Source of the DNA: Adineta vaga
Taxonomy: Eukaryota > Animalia > Rotifera
Assembly: GCA_021613535.1 (NCBI GenBank)
Contig: CP075494.1
Location: 992,001 to 1,056,000, forward strand
Direction of reading: 5' to 3'
DNA: 64,000 bases
The position numbers and the translations under genes are program-made. Below are positions 36,861 through 50,887 of the stretch, in pieces (within the stretch, counting starts at the first letter, position 1; every line of letters begins with the position of its first letter). Below the pieces are notes generated by a model. That model was not told the DNA's origin and searched no databases. It worked only from the letters and a program-made list of their open reading frames with translations.

Positions 36861-37027
36861 TAGTGGCGGCGCCAGGGGTGGGCTGAGCCCACCCTGGCTT
36901 GAAAAAATTCTCGGCGAAAACTAGTCTTTATATTACAAAAATGCAAGATTTCTATAGTTGAGTTCATCCTGAAAATTTTTTGGGTATGCTTAGCCCACCC
37001 TTAGTGGAAATCCTGGCGCCGCCGCTA
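36861..37027. mobile_element. hAT MITE (167 bp) inserted into a telomeric-junction arm
   Basis: 16-bp TIRs TAGTGGCGGCGCCAGG / CCTGGCGCCGCCGCTA (one mismatch); 8-bp TSD CCCACACC at 36853-36860 and 37028-37035. Confidence 0.85.
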
Positions 37028-37143
37028 CCCACACCCACACCCACCCACCCACCCCTCAACAAAAAATAATTCTATCGGCAGTTATCAATTATTCACATTA
37101 GAATTAATCAAATTCTGTAATTGTCAGAGAAAAATGGAACAAA

Positions 37144-37746
37144 TTAGATTGTTTCTTTTAAATACGAATTTGAGCGAATGAATTTGTCTCTTAAATTCGT
37201 CATTATATGTCTGCAGCATTTAAAACCGAAATAACTAATAGGTATAATCCAAATAACAAATAATAAAATTCCAAAAATAATTGCCAAAATTAAAAAACGT
37301 TTACCACTAGTAACTGTATCATCAACTGTCCATAATAAATCGTAAGGTTTATTTTTATTAAAGAAACATGTATAAACTTGACCAATCTAGAAATAAAGAA
37401 ATTGTGCATTCTTTAATTATATTTTAAAAAAATAATTATTTACTTGATATTGATTATTTGTTGCTTCAATGGCATCGGTATATGTTGTATAATTAGTTAA
37501 AAATATTTTTGAGATTTTTTCTGATTGAGTATCATTGTAATTGACTGTCCATATGACTTGAAACTTTGAATAAGACCATTTTATTACATCCGTACTATTA
37601 ACTAAACATTGAGTAATTTGATGATTTTTTGGAAATTGAATATACCGATCAAGACCATCTTTCAGACTGAAACCAAACCAAATTGATAGAAAAATGGTCG
37701 CAACTATATAAAATCCGGCTAGTCCACCTTTTGTATCTGAATTCAT
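37144..37746 (-). CDS. Two-TM KCNMB-like membrane protein, 2 exons
   Basis: TM1, TQCLV, W.V.Y, YQ|IGQVYTCF, LLW, TM2; stop at 37144-37146. Confidence 0.6.
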
Positions 37747-38419
37747 TAGTTTTTATGAATTTTAACTGAGTAAACGTGTGTTATTCTTTTTCTTAAATAT
37801 GTTTCACTTATGTAATTACAATAAGAATGATTCAACATTCGATCATTTTTTTTTCTTTCATTGACGTCAAAGTAAGAGAAACAGAACAAACATATATTTA
37901 TCTTAGTAACTCAATTGAATCATGCCATATGTGTTTACATCATTATAAGAAATGTTGCAATTACTTTGTTCTGCATATTATTTTGTAAAAATCATAAATA
38001 TGAGAAAATGCTTTTTTTTTCTATCGATATTCATCAACTCTATTTCAATAAATTACGATAGATTTTAGAAAATAATTTCAACGTTCTACTTTTGACCACA
38101 ATTTCATAAATATAAATAAGAAATTAACGATCAGTTATACAGAAGACTTTATACAATTCTAGTGATAACCGGAAAGTATGGATGGTATACAAAGTTATAA
38201 ATAAAAGGTGTAGCTACTAGTTATACCCACACCCACACCCACCAGACTCTCACCCTCACCCTTTGTAATAGTTTATGATATCCTTAGTAGATAAAAACTT
38301 CTTCTTCTTATGATTTATTTTATAATCTTGATGTGTGTATGTGTTCTCTTCAACCATTCACATTCTCAGAATACTTTCAATTATATAGAAAAAAAAAGAT
38401 GTCATTTTTGTAGAAAATT

Positions 38420-40056
38420 TTATAACCAAATACTTAATACAAATCGTTTGCTTTGTTTTTCAGTTGTGTAATACAACTTATTTTGTTTCATTGATTCAGA
38501 TAATTCTTCTCTTAAATTATCTAATGTACGTTGAAAATTTCCATCATTTTTCATTATTTGTAATTTTAAATGAGTAAGATGTATAAAATGGTTTCGAAGA
38601 TATTGAATCATTTCAAGTAATGTTATTTCTTTTTCATCGATATATTTTGGAATTGATGAAAATGTAATTACTTGTAATTTTGGAAATAATTTTGATAAAT
38701 CAGAAAAGAATAATGAATGAAAATTGTCATGTGTCGATGGTAAATTGATATATTTAATATTTTTAATACGTTCGGATCGATTTAAAACGAGTTCTTTCAA
38801 TTGTTTAATGGCTAAATTTGTATTGTTACAATTACATATAGAAATAATTTGTAAATTAGGTGATAAATTAATCAATTTTGATAAAATTGAAGTGAAACTA
38901 AGATTTTGAGAATCATATAAACATACAATTTCCTTTAAATTTACGAGTTCAGGATTATTTTTTAATTTTAAAAATGATAATAAACTTTCGATTTGAGAAG
39001 AAACTCCAATCATATCAAATTTTGTACACATAAATAATTGTGCTTTGGTAAAAGATTTCAATCTATCAATTTCTAATGTATTATTATTGAATATTTGATT
39101 ATCTGTGTTGATATTATAATTAGATACACAATGATCAGGTCGATCTGATGTTTGAATATGATATTGAAATGTTTCAAGCTGAGAAAAATCATCGATTAAA
39201 CTTTGAAGTTGATGAATATTAGCAAAATTATTTTCGACATACATTCCAACAAGTGTTAATGATTTTAAAGTTTTTTTAAAATTATTTAAAAAACTTTCAA
39301 TCCATCGAAATTTTGTTTTATAATATAGATAATGATTATTCGTAATCATTCCGAATTTTATATATAATTTTTCAATTGAATGTTGTATTTGTGAATGAAA
39401 TGAATCATGGAGCTCAAGGTAAAATGGATCTGGTTTATCCACTAAGAATAAATTTAATTCAATAAGATTTGGCATCAATTGTAAAATATTTTTTAACCAT
39501 GAGTCATCGTTTAATTCAATTGATAAACATTTTATATATAACATTTGTCCAAAATAATTAAATGGTGGAATATGATGTGGTTGGATTAAAATAAGATTTG
39601 TTAGATGACATGATGCCGATCGAATAAGTGTTTTTAATGTATTTTTATCTGTAGAAAGTGAAAATTTATTTAAAGTATTTAATGATAATGATTTGATTAT
39701 AAATTGATTGAGTTGATTTGAATCAGATGATCTATACGTTTGATCTGGTTTTAACGTTAAACTTTCAAGATTAGTTAAAAATTGTAGATAAGGATAAAAA
39801 GCTCGTTGTTGTTGTGCTCCATGGAGTTTAAGACATTGAATATGATGACCATAGGTTGGTAAAACGTCATTAAGAAATATATAAATAGTTTTATAATTAA
39901 CATTATTTTCATCTGTTAAATCAATAATAGATAAATATGGATTAATTAATTGTTGAAAACGTTGATTAAGATTATTGAATGGACAGATGATATCAAGTTT
40001 TGATAAATAAAATAACGAAATATCATTAAGAATAATTCATTAGGTAAGTATTCCAT
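38420..40056 (-). pseudogene. F-box / degenerate LRR protein with a frameshift near the start
   Basis: MEYLPNELFLMIFRY then a TATTT duplication; the frame reading LSKLDII..FNNLNQRFQQLI stays open to 38420. Confidence 0.7.
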
Positions 40057-40705
40057 GATGATATGATTTAGTTAGGATATGTTATGAAAAAGAAAAAGAA
40101 AAATATCTTTATTGAAGAATAGAGAAAGAGAGAACAGAAAAATATATATATATATATAACATGGAAAGAACCATAACAGAAAGGATAAAACCCACGGCGT
40201 ACTGTTAACCTCCTGAGTGTACAGAGAAAATTTTTTCGTTCTGCTGAATGTGGATAAAAAAAGATAGCGAATCACTCTCTCTACCGAATATAACTGGTTA
40301 ATGATTAGACAGAACGAAAGAAAATATCTCGTGCATATAACTTGTTTTCAGTCTGAAGACAGCGGTATTCAAGAGAGTAAGATAATTCCTCATCATATAC
40401 TGTTAGAACATAGGAATTATTCTACTATATCACAATATCAATGATTTGTTTAAGGAAAAATATGGAAACCATGGCAGAGACACGATTAAAAAATCTATTG
40501 GTTTAAAATAAAACATATAGAAACTATTCGTTTTAATGGTGATTTATATAAATTCAGTCTAGGGAATAATTTATGAGGCAATATGAAGAAACGATTATCA
40601 CACCCTAATTACAAAGGTATTTGTTTTGGACAATCGTATAACGTCATCTCTAATTTTAATTGTTTTAGTAAATCTTTGAAATGACCTAATAGATTTTATG
40701 ACTAT

Positions 40706-40733
40706 AAGGGTGGATGTGGATGTGTCCTATACC
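40706..40733. repeat. Telomeric-junction left arm, interrupted by the hAT element
   Basis: AAGGGTGGATGTGGATGTGT immediately before the TIR. Confidence 0.55.
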
Positions 40734-42037
40734 CAGGGCTGCCATCCCATAAGACCTGAAATGGGGTACAAAATTTTTTCAAATGGGATACATCTGTAAG
40801 GTACATGAACCTTTTTTCAAAATTAAAGCTCATGTTGTAAAACATCATCACGAAGAACGTTTCCTGTAGTGAGAATGAAACAGGGTATCCGATTAGGGAG
40901 GGCATCTGGGTGTATATACACCCCAAAATCTGAAACTGTCTTCGACTTTCTGGCAAAATTTCAGACAGTTTCTGCGAGAATTTTGAAAAAGTCTGCCAGA
41001 AAGCAGCCGGTTTTCGGCAGATCGGGTTCGAAGCTGAGGTAGAGTACAGCTTTTTCTTTTTTTTGGTCTTCACTTTGGATTTTTTTTACGAAAATCCCTT
41101 GTGATGTTTTCTGCCAAATTTTTTCCCCTCCCACTTCAAAAAGTAATCGGGAACCATGTTCAGAATTAAAATGATTTTTGAAACTAGGTGGCACACGAGT
41201 TGATACTCGTATGCGAAATGCGGTGCGAAACCACGTTCATATGATATCTCAGCTGTGAAAACATATGCTTAAGCGAAAATGGCGCCTAACTTTCTTCTTT
41301 CTTAATTATCTCAGAAAAATTCACAGGGAAAATCGTCTTTTTCTATCGACGTCCAGTATACGAACGGAATATCGTAGTTGGATTTGCAAAAAAAATATCA
41401 TCAGTTTACTGTCTTACTTCCCTTTCGCGTTTGAATCATTTTTTTCTGATCTACCGTGATTGAGATCATCGCACCACTAAATCACAAAATTTGAATGCGC
41501 ACGTCGAGAAATAAAGAAAGACAACTGGAATCGGACTATATTAATGCGATGCGAAAAGTTTTACATTACATTAAAAATGCTTTCATCTTATTTTCAATGA
41601 GTCTGTATTGCTCTGTAACATATTCAAAAAGAAAGGAAATTATTACACTTTTTTGTCATCAAGAGTCGATGACTCTGGTGAAAACTGTCAAGTGTGAAGC
41701 TATTTGATTAGAAAAAAAATTATGATTGCGAAAAAGAGTTATTTATTTGAAGGTGAAATTTACGCACGCTGTTCTTGTTCGTTGTGAAAGAGAGAATTTT
41801 TTCATTGATTCGGAACTTTCAATGTTGTCGAAATAAGTGAATAGATGCTTTATCTCGTCAAGAAGTTGTCGTCAGAAGACAAAGAGGGGTTCGTTCCGAT
41901 TTTTCAAAAAGTACTTTAAAGTGAAAAATGCTCTAATGGGGCACTAAAATGTGTACCCCATAGGTACACTTTTTTGTGGGGTACAAAATGTCTGAATGGG
42001 GTACTGTACCCCCGAATGGGTAAGGATGGCAGCCCTG
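40734..42037. mobile_element. hAT-like non-autonomous element (1.3 kb)
   Basis: Perfect 14-bp TIR CAGGGCTGCCATCC / GGATGGCAGCCCTG; GGGGTAC subterminal repeats; TSD not seen. Confidence 0.8.
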
Positions 42038-42454
42038 ACTCTAAAAGAAATGATCATACTTTCTTGATAAATTATCCTTTTCTTCAACATAAATCATTTT
42101 TTTTCTATCTATCCAATAGAATTTTCTTTTGTTGAGTCCAGCAGTGATCCGACGCATCCTATTTACCCTTTAAATTACTCTATATATATATACTTACTTC
42201 GGTATATTTTGATGCTTTTTGGTATTACCTTTCTTTTTCTTTTCTTTTCTAGACGAGTATATAAGTATGTGTTTTGTATTAGAACGATGCGATTTGATAG
42301 CAGTTTCTCATGATCATGATTTAGTTTGATTTCGCTTAATAAGTCATAAGAGAAAGTATTTCAAATGTTATTAACAAATATTATTTCTTTTACTAAGGTT
42401 GAGCCATTATCCTGAGTAACGTATTTAGCTTTCCGATTATTTTTAACGAGCAAT

Positions 42455-43525
42455 CATCCCATTCCGCTATTCCTGCACATTCCGCAATTGCTTGCACCGG
42501 CAAACTATGCAATCCAAAATTCCGGAATTCCTTCCCTTAGAAAGATTTGAACAAATAGTGATGCAAAAATCAATCATAAATAACATTTCCGCATTCACGA
42601 CTAGCAGAAATAAACGATCACCAGAGAATTCTCATTACTTCAATCGTTTCGGCCATCAAACAGTTTCCGATTGTTAAGCTGGAAGACACAAGATCGTAAA
42701 TACTAGCACAGGAAATTCCAGCTTATCTAATTGCTTTTGACTCACACAAGGCTATGATTTTCATTTCGATCGGTGATTCGTCTTTGAAAATTTACGTCTG
42801 CCCGGACGGCTCGCTGAGTAGGCAATAGCAATAGTGAGGGTGTACGGAAGGCTCGGTCAGTAGGCAATGGCAACAGCGAGGGTGCAGGGAAGGCTCGGTC
42901 AATTGGCAATCGCAGCAGTGATGATGCGAAAAAGTATTAGTCATCATGTAAGTCGAAACCGATCACCACCACTGAAAATAAACAACTTGCTTACTCTCAA
43001 CCACAAAAGAACAGAAATACTTGGTTAAACAAACAACCAACTATAACACATCGGACAAACATGTCGACGCCGGGAAACCAAATCGTCTAATTCACTCCAT
43101 TCAATCAAAAATCCAGCCCCTCCAATAAGTAAACTCTGAACATGCGCAATACCTTCTCTGAAAAGCTCATCATCTAATTATTCTTTATCAAGTCTCACCA
43201 ATTTCCCTATAGGCAGCAATGACCATGAATTTCTACATTTCCTCCCGATTCCAAAATGTGCACTAAATCCCCAATTCTGTTGTTTTTTTCGTTCGTCCTT
43301 ATGGTCTACGTATGTGTTTAATATATACATATGCAATTGAGGAATGTGTGGGAATGGCCGGGAATTGCTAGGTATATATTATGTATTGTATTAACTGTGA
43401 AGCAGGAATTCCTGTTATGTGCTTATTTTTCCGTGTCAGATGCATTTTGCATTGTCCGGAATAGGTTATTAGGCATTCCGGGTGTGCAAGGCAGTGCAGG
43501 AATGTGCAAATTTCGGGAATAGGAT
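42455..43525. mobile_element. Probable non-autonomous DNA transposon with about 39-bp internal tandem repeat (42805-42925)
   Basis: Imperfect inverted ends (TTCCTGCAC..TTGCACC / GTGCAAG..GTGCAGGAA); ATTCC/GGAAT repeats. Confidence 0.45.
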
Positions 43526-46221
43526 ATATTCTCGACAAATTCTGGTAGCAATAATTCAAAAGTTTGTCTTACAATCGGATGGCATATAAAACGATAAATT
43601 TCGATTATTTCTTCCTAGCGGACGAGATCGGATCCGATCATCCGTTTAATAATACATTTAAAATTAAATGAGGTAAGATGTATCGCAGGCAAAATGCAGG
43701 CAGGGGTTTGTTTGATTTCGACAGACACGAGGTCAACAATAATTAAGTGAACTTTTTCTGGTGAGGGCCAGCCGAGTTTTTGAGATCACGAGATAACTTA
43801 ATCCATCTTTATTGATTCGATCAGAAGTCTAAGCAACAATTTCATAGATCAGCATTGGATTGGTCAAATATCAGATCATATTGTACCGAAATCCATTTCT
43901 GGAACCCATATTCAGCTTTTGTTAATAATTGTTAGACCAACATAGCCTATATTAGATTGGTTAGGCTTAGCTTCAAACACTATGATCATAGATTTGAAGC
44001 TAAGCATCTAGCCGATCTAACTATCTAAAGATATTTGTTCTAGCATTTATAATAAAACCTGTGATAGACTTGCAAAATTAAGTTCCGGTTTTTGAGCCTT
44101 GATCTTGAGGAAGTATTTTGTTAGTCAATGCTTTGTTCTAAAAATTATTTGAAAACAGTTTCTGATTCAGTTTTGTATGCTCTATCAAAAAAACTAAGTT
44201 AAAAGTTTCCATCTCGTAAGATATTTAAAAAAAAGAGTGATCTATGAAAAGTAGTGAAATGACGCGTTTTCGACACCTTCCGAGTTTTTTCAATTTTTCA
44301 CCCGGAAAAAAGTTCTAAAAAAAGCAGAGCATACATATTGTTGACCGCCGTGAAATTCTCTGTCGAATGGTGTATGAAAATCAAAAAAAAAAATTTCACT
44401 GCATTTTTGCTTTCCGTGCATCTTGCACTGCCGATGAGCAGCACCAAATGAAACGAATGCATAGATATGACAAAAACTTTCCTGATCTAGACATCTTTTC
44501 GGATAGAAAAGTCCTGGATCGACTGATCAATATTGAGGATCTTGTAAAAGATTATAAAATGTAACGTATATTTGATCATTCTTGCTTAGTGTGTGTACGC
44601 CAAATTTGGACAAATGATCATCAACAATTAAAATACTCAATATTCCACTTATAGTCTCAGTGATTAGATAAATTATTTATGAGAATGTTGAGAATCTTTA
44701 CCTAATCCTATTGGTTTTCCTTTTCTCTCTATCATATTTTCATAGCTCACAATCTAATTCATTCGTTATCGATTATGTTTAATCATTATACAAAAGAAAA
44801 CATCGATATTTACATTATATTAAATACAAATATCATCATAAGTAGCACGCTGCACAAATAAACTCGACATTTATTTATCTATTTTTCAGTGCTCATAGAA
44901 TTAATCATAGAAAATCGTGTGATTTAGTTTTGCTGTTGACGTAGATTCATTTCCTTTCGAAATTTTAAACTAATCTCATAGCTTTCGAGAGAAAAATAAT
45001 CAAGATAAATTGAAAGTGTGAAGAATAGATATAGGTTTTCGATGCTATTAGGAGAAATCGCAACTTTTTCTCTTCTCTCAACGGTCAGATTATGATCATA
45101 AAACAGTCTACTTGTATGTGAGTTTCACATTTTAATCTTCGAAGACCTGTACAGAAATTGATTGTCTATGAACTGTTGGTTCTATAACTAACGAAGTAAT
45201 ATATATGCACCAAGCATGAAAACATTATTAAATTTTCAATGATATTCATAAAAATTAATGCGGGAAAATCGTGAGGTAGTAGTATGTACAAGGAACACTT
45301 CACTTGGCAGCTTTTGATGATCTTACACGTGATTATACTATCTTCGAACGCCAGAATTCGACTGATCGCTTTTTCGTATCCCGATTACTTATTGGACAAT
45401 ATGTTCGTCCGATAATTTTGAACCTAGAGCCTAAGAATGCTCCTAGTATGGAATATGGACTTCCTTTCCGTTGAGAGAACAAGAAAACGTGTGTCATAAA
45501 TATGTTAAATAACTTACACTACTTTTTATACCATGACTAACTACTCTTATGTGCACTACACATCATCACTTTACTTTCACTTTCGTATACGAATTCATAT
45601 TGTATATGAGATAATTATATTTTGCGGTATATATTTGTTGAATTCAGATTATGTTACTACACACGCAAATCTATATCATTACATTTGTCAGAGTACCAAC
45701 AAATGAAGGAGTTTAATTAATCGTAATGCTGCAAAACAAAAAAGAGCTTTACATTTCGACACTTTTCGTTTTATTTTTCTCTCTGTCAGCTTCAATAATT
45801 CTCACTCAAATAATCGAAACTTATTACGAATCACCTATGCGCCAGAAATCAAAATGAAACATCCGAGCAATATTTATTCGTATATTCACCAAAAACTCCA
45901 TCCAATAAAGTCCTTTCTTCTATTAAAATACATTTCAGAAAACCCGACTCTTCTTTTCATTTCTTTTCTATAATATCAAAGACATTCGAAAAAACTTTCA
46001 CCTCGACAATAACAGTTTCGAAGCATCACAAAACAAGCACCCTAAAACTTTATTTTACGAATTTCTTTTAAAACCATCGATTAAACAAAATCACATATAT
46101 ATATATCTTCCCACTGAACACATAATCTATACTCAGTCAATCAAGATTTAACTTCACAAACCTAAATGAAGACCAAAAGCTAAATGAATATTTCACACAT
46201 AATAAAATTCAATGACGCTCA

Positions 46222-49200
46222 CCGTATTGACTCGAAGAGCATCAGCCAAGTGTTGTGCTCCTTCCTGTCCGATTTCATTGTCCTCAAGATCTAATACAGT
46301 AAGTGTCTAAATAGAAGAGTATGATGAGTGGATGAGAAAGTGAAAGTGTGTATGTTGATTACTGTGTTGACTCGAAGAGCATCTGCCAAGTGTCGTGCTC
46401 CTTCGTGTCCGATTCGATTGTTCCCAAGATCTAATGTGGTAAGTATCTAAATAGAAGAGTGTTATGAGTGGATGAGAAAGCGGAAGTGTGTATGTTTATT
46501 ACTGTGTTAACTCGAAGAGCATCAGCCATGTGTTGTGCTCCTTTGTGTCCGATTCGATTGGATCGAATATTTAGGGTGGTAAGTATCTAAATAGAAGAGT
46601 GTTATGAGTGGATGAGAAAGCAGGAGTGTGTATGTTTATTACTGTGTTAACTCGAAGACCGTCAGCCAAGTGTCGTGCTCCTTCGTGTCCGATTCGATTG
46701 CACTCTAGATCTAATGTAGTAAGTATCTAAATAGAAGAGTGAATGAGTGAGAAAGTGACGGTGTATGTCGATTACTGTGTTAACTCGAAGAGCATCAGCC
46801 ATGTGTTGTGCTCCTTTGTGTCCGATTCGATTGGATCGAATATTTAGGGTGGTAAGTATCTAAATAGAAGAGTGTTATGAGTGGATGAGAAAGCGGGAGT
46901 GTGTATGTTTATTACTGTATTGACTCGAAGAGCATCAGCCAAGTGTCGTGCTCCTTCGTGTCCGATTTGATTGAATCGGAGATCTAATGTGGTAAGTGTC
47001 TAATTAGAAGAGTATGATGAGTGAATGAGAAAGTGACGGTGTATGTTGATTACTGTGTTGACTCGGAGAGCATCAGCGAGGTGTGGTGCTCCTTCGTCTC
47101 CGATTACATTGCTGTAGAGATCTAGTGTGGTAAGCGTCTAAATATAAGAGTGTTAAGAATGAATGATAAAATAGAAGTGTGTATGTTGATTACTGTGTTG
47201 ACTCGAAGAGCATCAGCCAAGTGTCGTGCTCCTTCGTGTCCGATTTTACTGTTTCGAAGCCATAATGTGGTAAGTGTCTAAGTGGAAGAGTGCTAAGAAT
47301 GAATGAGAATGTCGAAGTGTGTATGTTGATTACTGTGTTGACTCGAAGAGCATCTGCCTACTGCTGTGTGCCTTCGTCTCGGATTTGGTTCATTCTCAGA
47401 TATAGTGTGACTAGTGTGCAAAGCAGTTGAAAGTGTAAGAAAATTTAAGAGTGAATTTATGGTATTCTGTCAAGTTTTAGCGTATCAGGAGAATTGCAGA
47501 GTTGAAATGACGTATTTGGTTCACTCTGATTTTTTTCATGGAACGCATGTGGATTTATGGAGTAGTAGGGGATACGAATTGTGGCAAGTTAATCCTTAGA
47601 AGCAGACTGTCCTTTCCATACGACATTGTATTAATGGCTATAAATAAAAAAATTAAAATCTTATGCATGTAAGCTACTGTTTTACCGGACGGAGATCGTT
47701 AAAGTGAAAGTAGGATGGTAAAAAGAACGTGATAACAGTGTTGTTAAACATTTAAATACTGTTTGGAAAGCCTATAATTTTTTTAAACACAGTTGGTTAC
47801 CCAAATATTCCTATGTTTATCGTGTTCCAGAATATACAATGTGAGTTTCGGGCGATCTCGTTAGCGATATTGTTAAGGTATAATTTAAAAGAACGTTGCA
47901 TATATTTAACTGATTTAAGGAAATATTCTGACGTTACAAAAAAATGCTATTTTTTGGATACTATTACGCATAGTAACCAAGGTTATTCTGAATGATAGCT
48001 TGCTTTGCTCCTAATTTTTTCATATGAGCTTATGAGGTCATGATATATTTACTATGATATTTTTTAGACTGTTATTGGTTTTGATAGTGACTAAGAGCAA
48101 GTAACAGAAGTGATGTATACGGTTCAATGCATGTATCAACATGTTTTAAATTGATGTAGGGGTGATTTGTGATAATTTGATTCGGGGTTGATTAATTGTT
48201 GTGCGTGGATGGCTTTTTGCGCCTCTACACATATACGGCAAAAGAAGTAAAAATGAACCGTTTCGCTTTTAAGAATATTAAAAAGGAACAGAATTGATCA
48301 CCTTATACATTTTAGTAACAGAGTAGCATCAGCTCTGTATTTGATTGCGGCTTTTTTACTTGGGAGAAAACTCAAAACAGATGTCAATATACAGGAAAAA
48401 CCATTTGTTCGTTTATTTCTTTGCGGGTAGTAAATTTTTTTAAGGAACTGTGCATTAAAAAGTAAAACTTTAAAGAGGAAATAGGTTTATCTTGTTAGTA
48501 GAGGTCTGAAGGTAAGGGTGGAATGAGATGTGTGTTTATTTAGCTCACGGAGATTCGTCTGTTCTTTTATTCATTTCAACTGAAAGCAATATAGCAAAAA
48601 CCTCGATATTTTATGAGAAACTCTGTTACAATATCAAAAACTTGTCATTCTGTTAGTTAATTAATCCTTAAATTGGGTGACAGGGCATCCTACTTTGTGA
48701 GATAATCATTGTGTTCCATATGAATTCAATTTGTAAAAAATGAACATTACTAAATATTTCATTCAGAAGGGGAATGAAGAATTTTGAGAATGTCCCATCA
48801 AAACATAGTGCTATTGAGATATAGGCCCTGTACCCTTTCACTTTTTGGGTAAACAGTTTCAACATTTTATTTGCACACATATTTACTACTATATATAGTC
48901 TTAAATACTTTATAAGTGCGTGGCAAAGATTCTGATGCAGTTTATCTCTGAAATTAATAAATGACTCAATTTTTACAGCAATCTGTAAATAAACGTGACC
49001 TTGTCATAAAATTAAATTTTCTGATAGTTATTATAGAACAAAAGTACCATTACTAGGTTTTATTGTTATCAGGGATGTGTCCGAATACTCATTATTGTGA
49101 CTGACTGGTTTTGTTTCTATGCTTTTTATGGAGATAAAGATCTGATTCGTTTAATACAAGAATATAGATTTACCTGATATCGATGGTAAGTATCAAGAAT

Positions 49201-49311
49201 TTGATTGAGTCGATGACAAACATTTTGCATTGAAAAGAACAGATCAAAATCTGATAGTTGGTCGAGAATCCGATACACAAATTCGATAGGTAATGTGACC
49301 AAAGTGAACAT
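46222..49311 (-). CDS. F-box + RI-type LRR gene; tandem about 140-bp exon+intron units at 46222-47415; first LRR unit defective
   Basis: F-box exon (LPIEFVYRILD) at about 49175-49311; nine 28-aa LRR exons xLTTLxLxxNxIGxEGAxHLADALRVNT; unit at about 47333-47415 has TAG and no AG acceptor; linkage across the 1.7-kb gap is inferred. Confidence 0.7.
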
Positions 49312-49842
49312 AGTAATTATACTGGTGTAGTGTGATGTTAGTTACTTATTTTCTTTTGTTATTTTCTAACGGTTGTGTAATGACATCACCTTCTTCTGAC
49401 TAATCGAAGGAATGAAAAAGATAAGATACCAGTAACAACAACATGGTTTTTATACGAAAGAGATGGCGTTAACATACGAATAGTGACTTATACATTTCAA
49501 TGCGAATTTATTACATTACCGGATGTAAATACGTTTGTTCTATCTTTCCTTGTGAGAGATAAATCTATTATTATTTGATTGCGGCCAAAGCTTTAAAGAA
49601 GCGAAAAAAACTACGATTTTTTTATGATATAACTGATATGAGATTTGATTTGAGGTTGGAGTATGTGAGTAGAATAAAAACTAAAAATCTGGTCGTAGAA
49701 AAGAAATATGATTACGGTATGAAAGATTTTTTTAGTGTCAAGGGTGTTGCAAGCATCTTAAGAATAAGTTGTAGTAGGTACTCCCCCCTGTACGAACAGT
49801 CCTCCTCGGATAGAAGTAAATATCCAGAACTTCGCATTCACA

Positions 49843-49897
49843 CCATCTTGTGGGTGAGTGTAGGAGAAGGATATAACACCCACACCCACACCCTCAA
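49843..49897. repeat. Telomeric-junction palindrome
   Basis: CCATCTTGTGGGTGAGTGT / ACACCCACACCCACACCCTCAA. Confidence 0.85.
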
Positions 49898-49946
49898 AAA
49901 ATATATACGTACGCTATAGTTCAGAAAATTTGTTTTGGATGACAAC

Positions 49947-50584
49947 ATGTTTTCTCCTTGTTTTCATTTGAGATTTAAACGATTTGTCGGCAAAAAAAAT
50001 AATTTGTGTTATAATTTGTTTATTTTCTGTAGTTGGATTGTGGGTACATGTTTCATAACGTCTGGTTTTAAAGATTTATCTGTATCATATATATCTCTCG
50101 TTCATCAATGTGAAGTGAACTTTATTGAAGTGAGACCACATGAAATAATACCCTTTCCTCGTTGGAATATAACAATATGGTATGGAAATCAAACAAAAGG
50201 TCATAGTATCATATCCACATTTGTTTATTTTACAGAAAAACAAGCATGGACTGCAGCAAATGCATATAAAGTAACTATGATTATAATCAAATTACATTAT
50301 TTTGGTTTTTTTTTAATTTTTATATTTATTGTTGGATAAATGAAACATGTCCATGTATTTGTACAAGAATTGAAACATCTGTTAATGCTTGGAGGTGTCA
50401 ATGGCAAATACCGATGAGATTGATTGCATGTGTTGATCTTTTTATTGGAATATTGGCATTAACTACAGTTGTAGCATGCTTTAAAACAAGAGAACAAATT
50501 CGGAAAGATTTACAAAGAGAAGAACAACAACAACAGCAACCGACAGATATATCTTTGAATAATATAAATTCTGCTACAACATAA
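49947..50584 (+). pseudogene. Two-TM KCNMB-like gene; intron acceptor appears mutated (TGG)
   Basis: TM1, HQCEV, PRWNIT, AWTAANAYK|INETCPC..CQW, TM2. Confidence 0.5.
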
Positions 50585-50887
50585 CAACTACATCACTATC
50601 AATAAATAGATGAAATATTATATGTGCGTCTGTCTTTTCTACTGTTTTTCTAATCACTATGACAAACAAATTCACTTTCTAATATTAAACTCATATGCAC
50701 AATACTCGTGTATTTTTTGTTTTTCTCGATATATTTTTCTCCATATATAACTAAAGTATGAAAACAATATTGTGTTATTTATTCAGAATATTCGCTAAAA
50801 ATTCGATTCCTTATGAAGCTGATGGTATAAGAATCACAAGAATCTTTTCCAAGCGTTGACTGATGAAAGTTTTATTATCTATTGTAT

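Larger units (their letters stand above)
36259..38262. repeat. Three telomeric-junction palindromes (36259-36297, 36806-37059, 38206-38262)
   Basis: GGGTGT/ACACCC arms; middle copy carries the MITE; last copy is mostly C-arm. Confidence 0.75.

Noticed and set aside
44367-46100. Possible decayed coding fragments
   Set aside because: Multiple stops and no family recognised
46280-46292. CCTCAAGAT matching the junction flank
   Set aside because: Lies in LRR coding sequence (DLED) with no telomeric repeats
46222-47415. Regular 140-bp repeat as CRISPR or satellite
   Set aside because: Fully explained as LRR exons plus GT-AG introns
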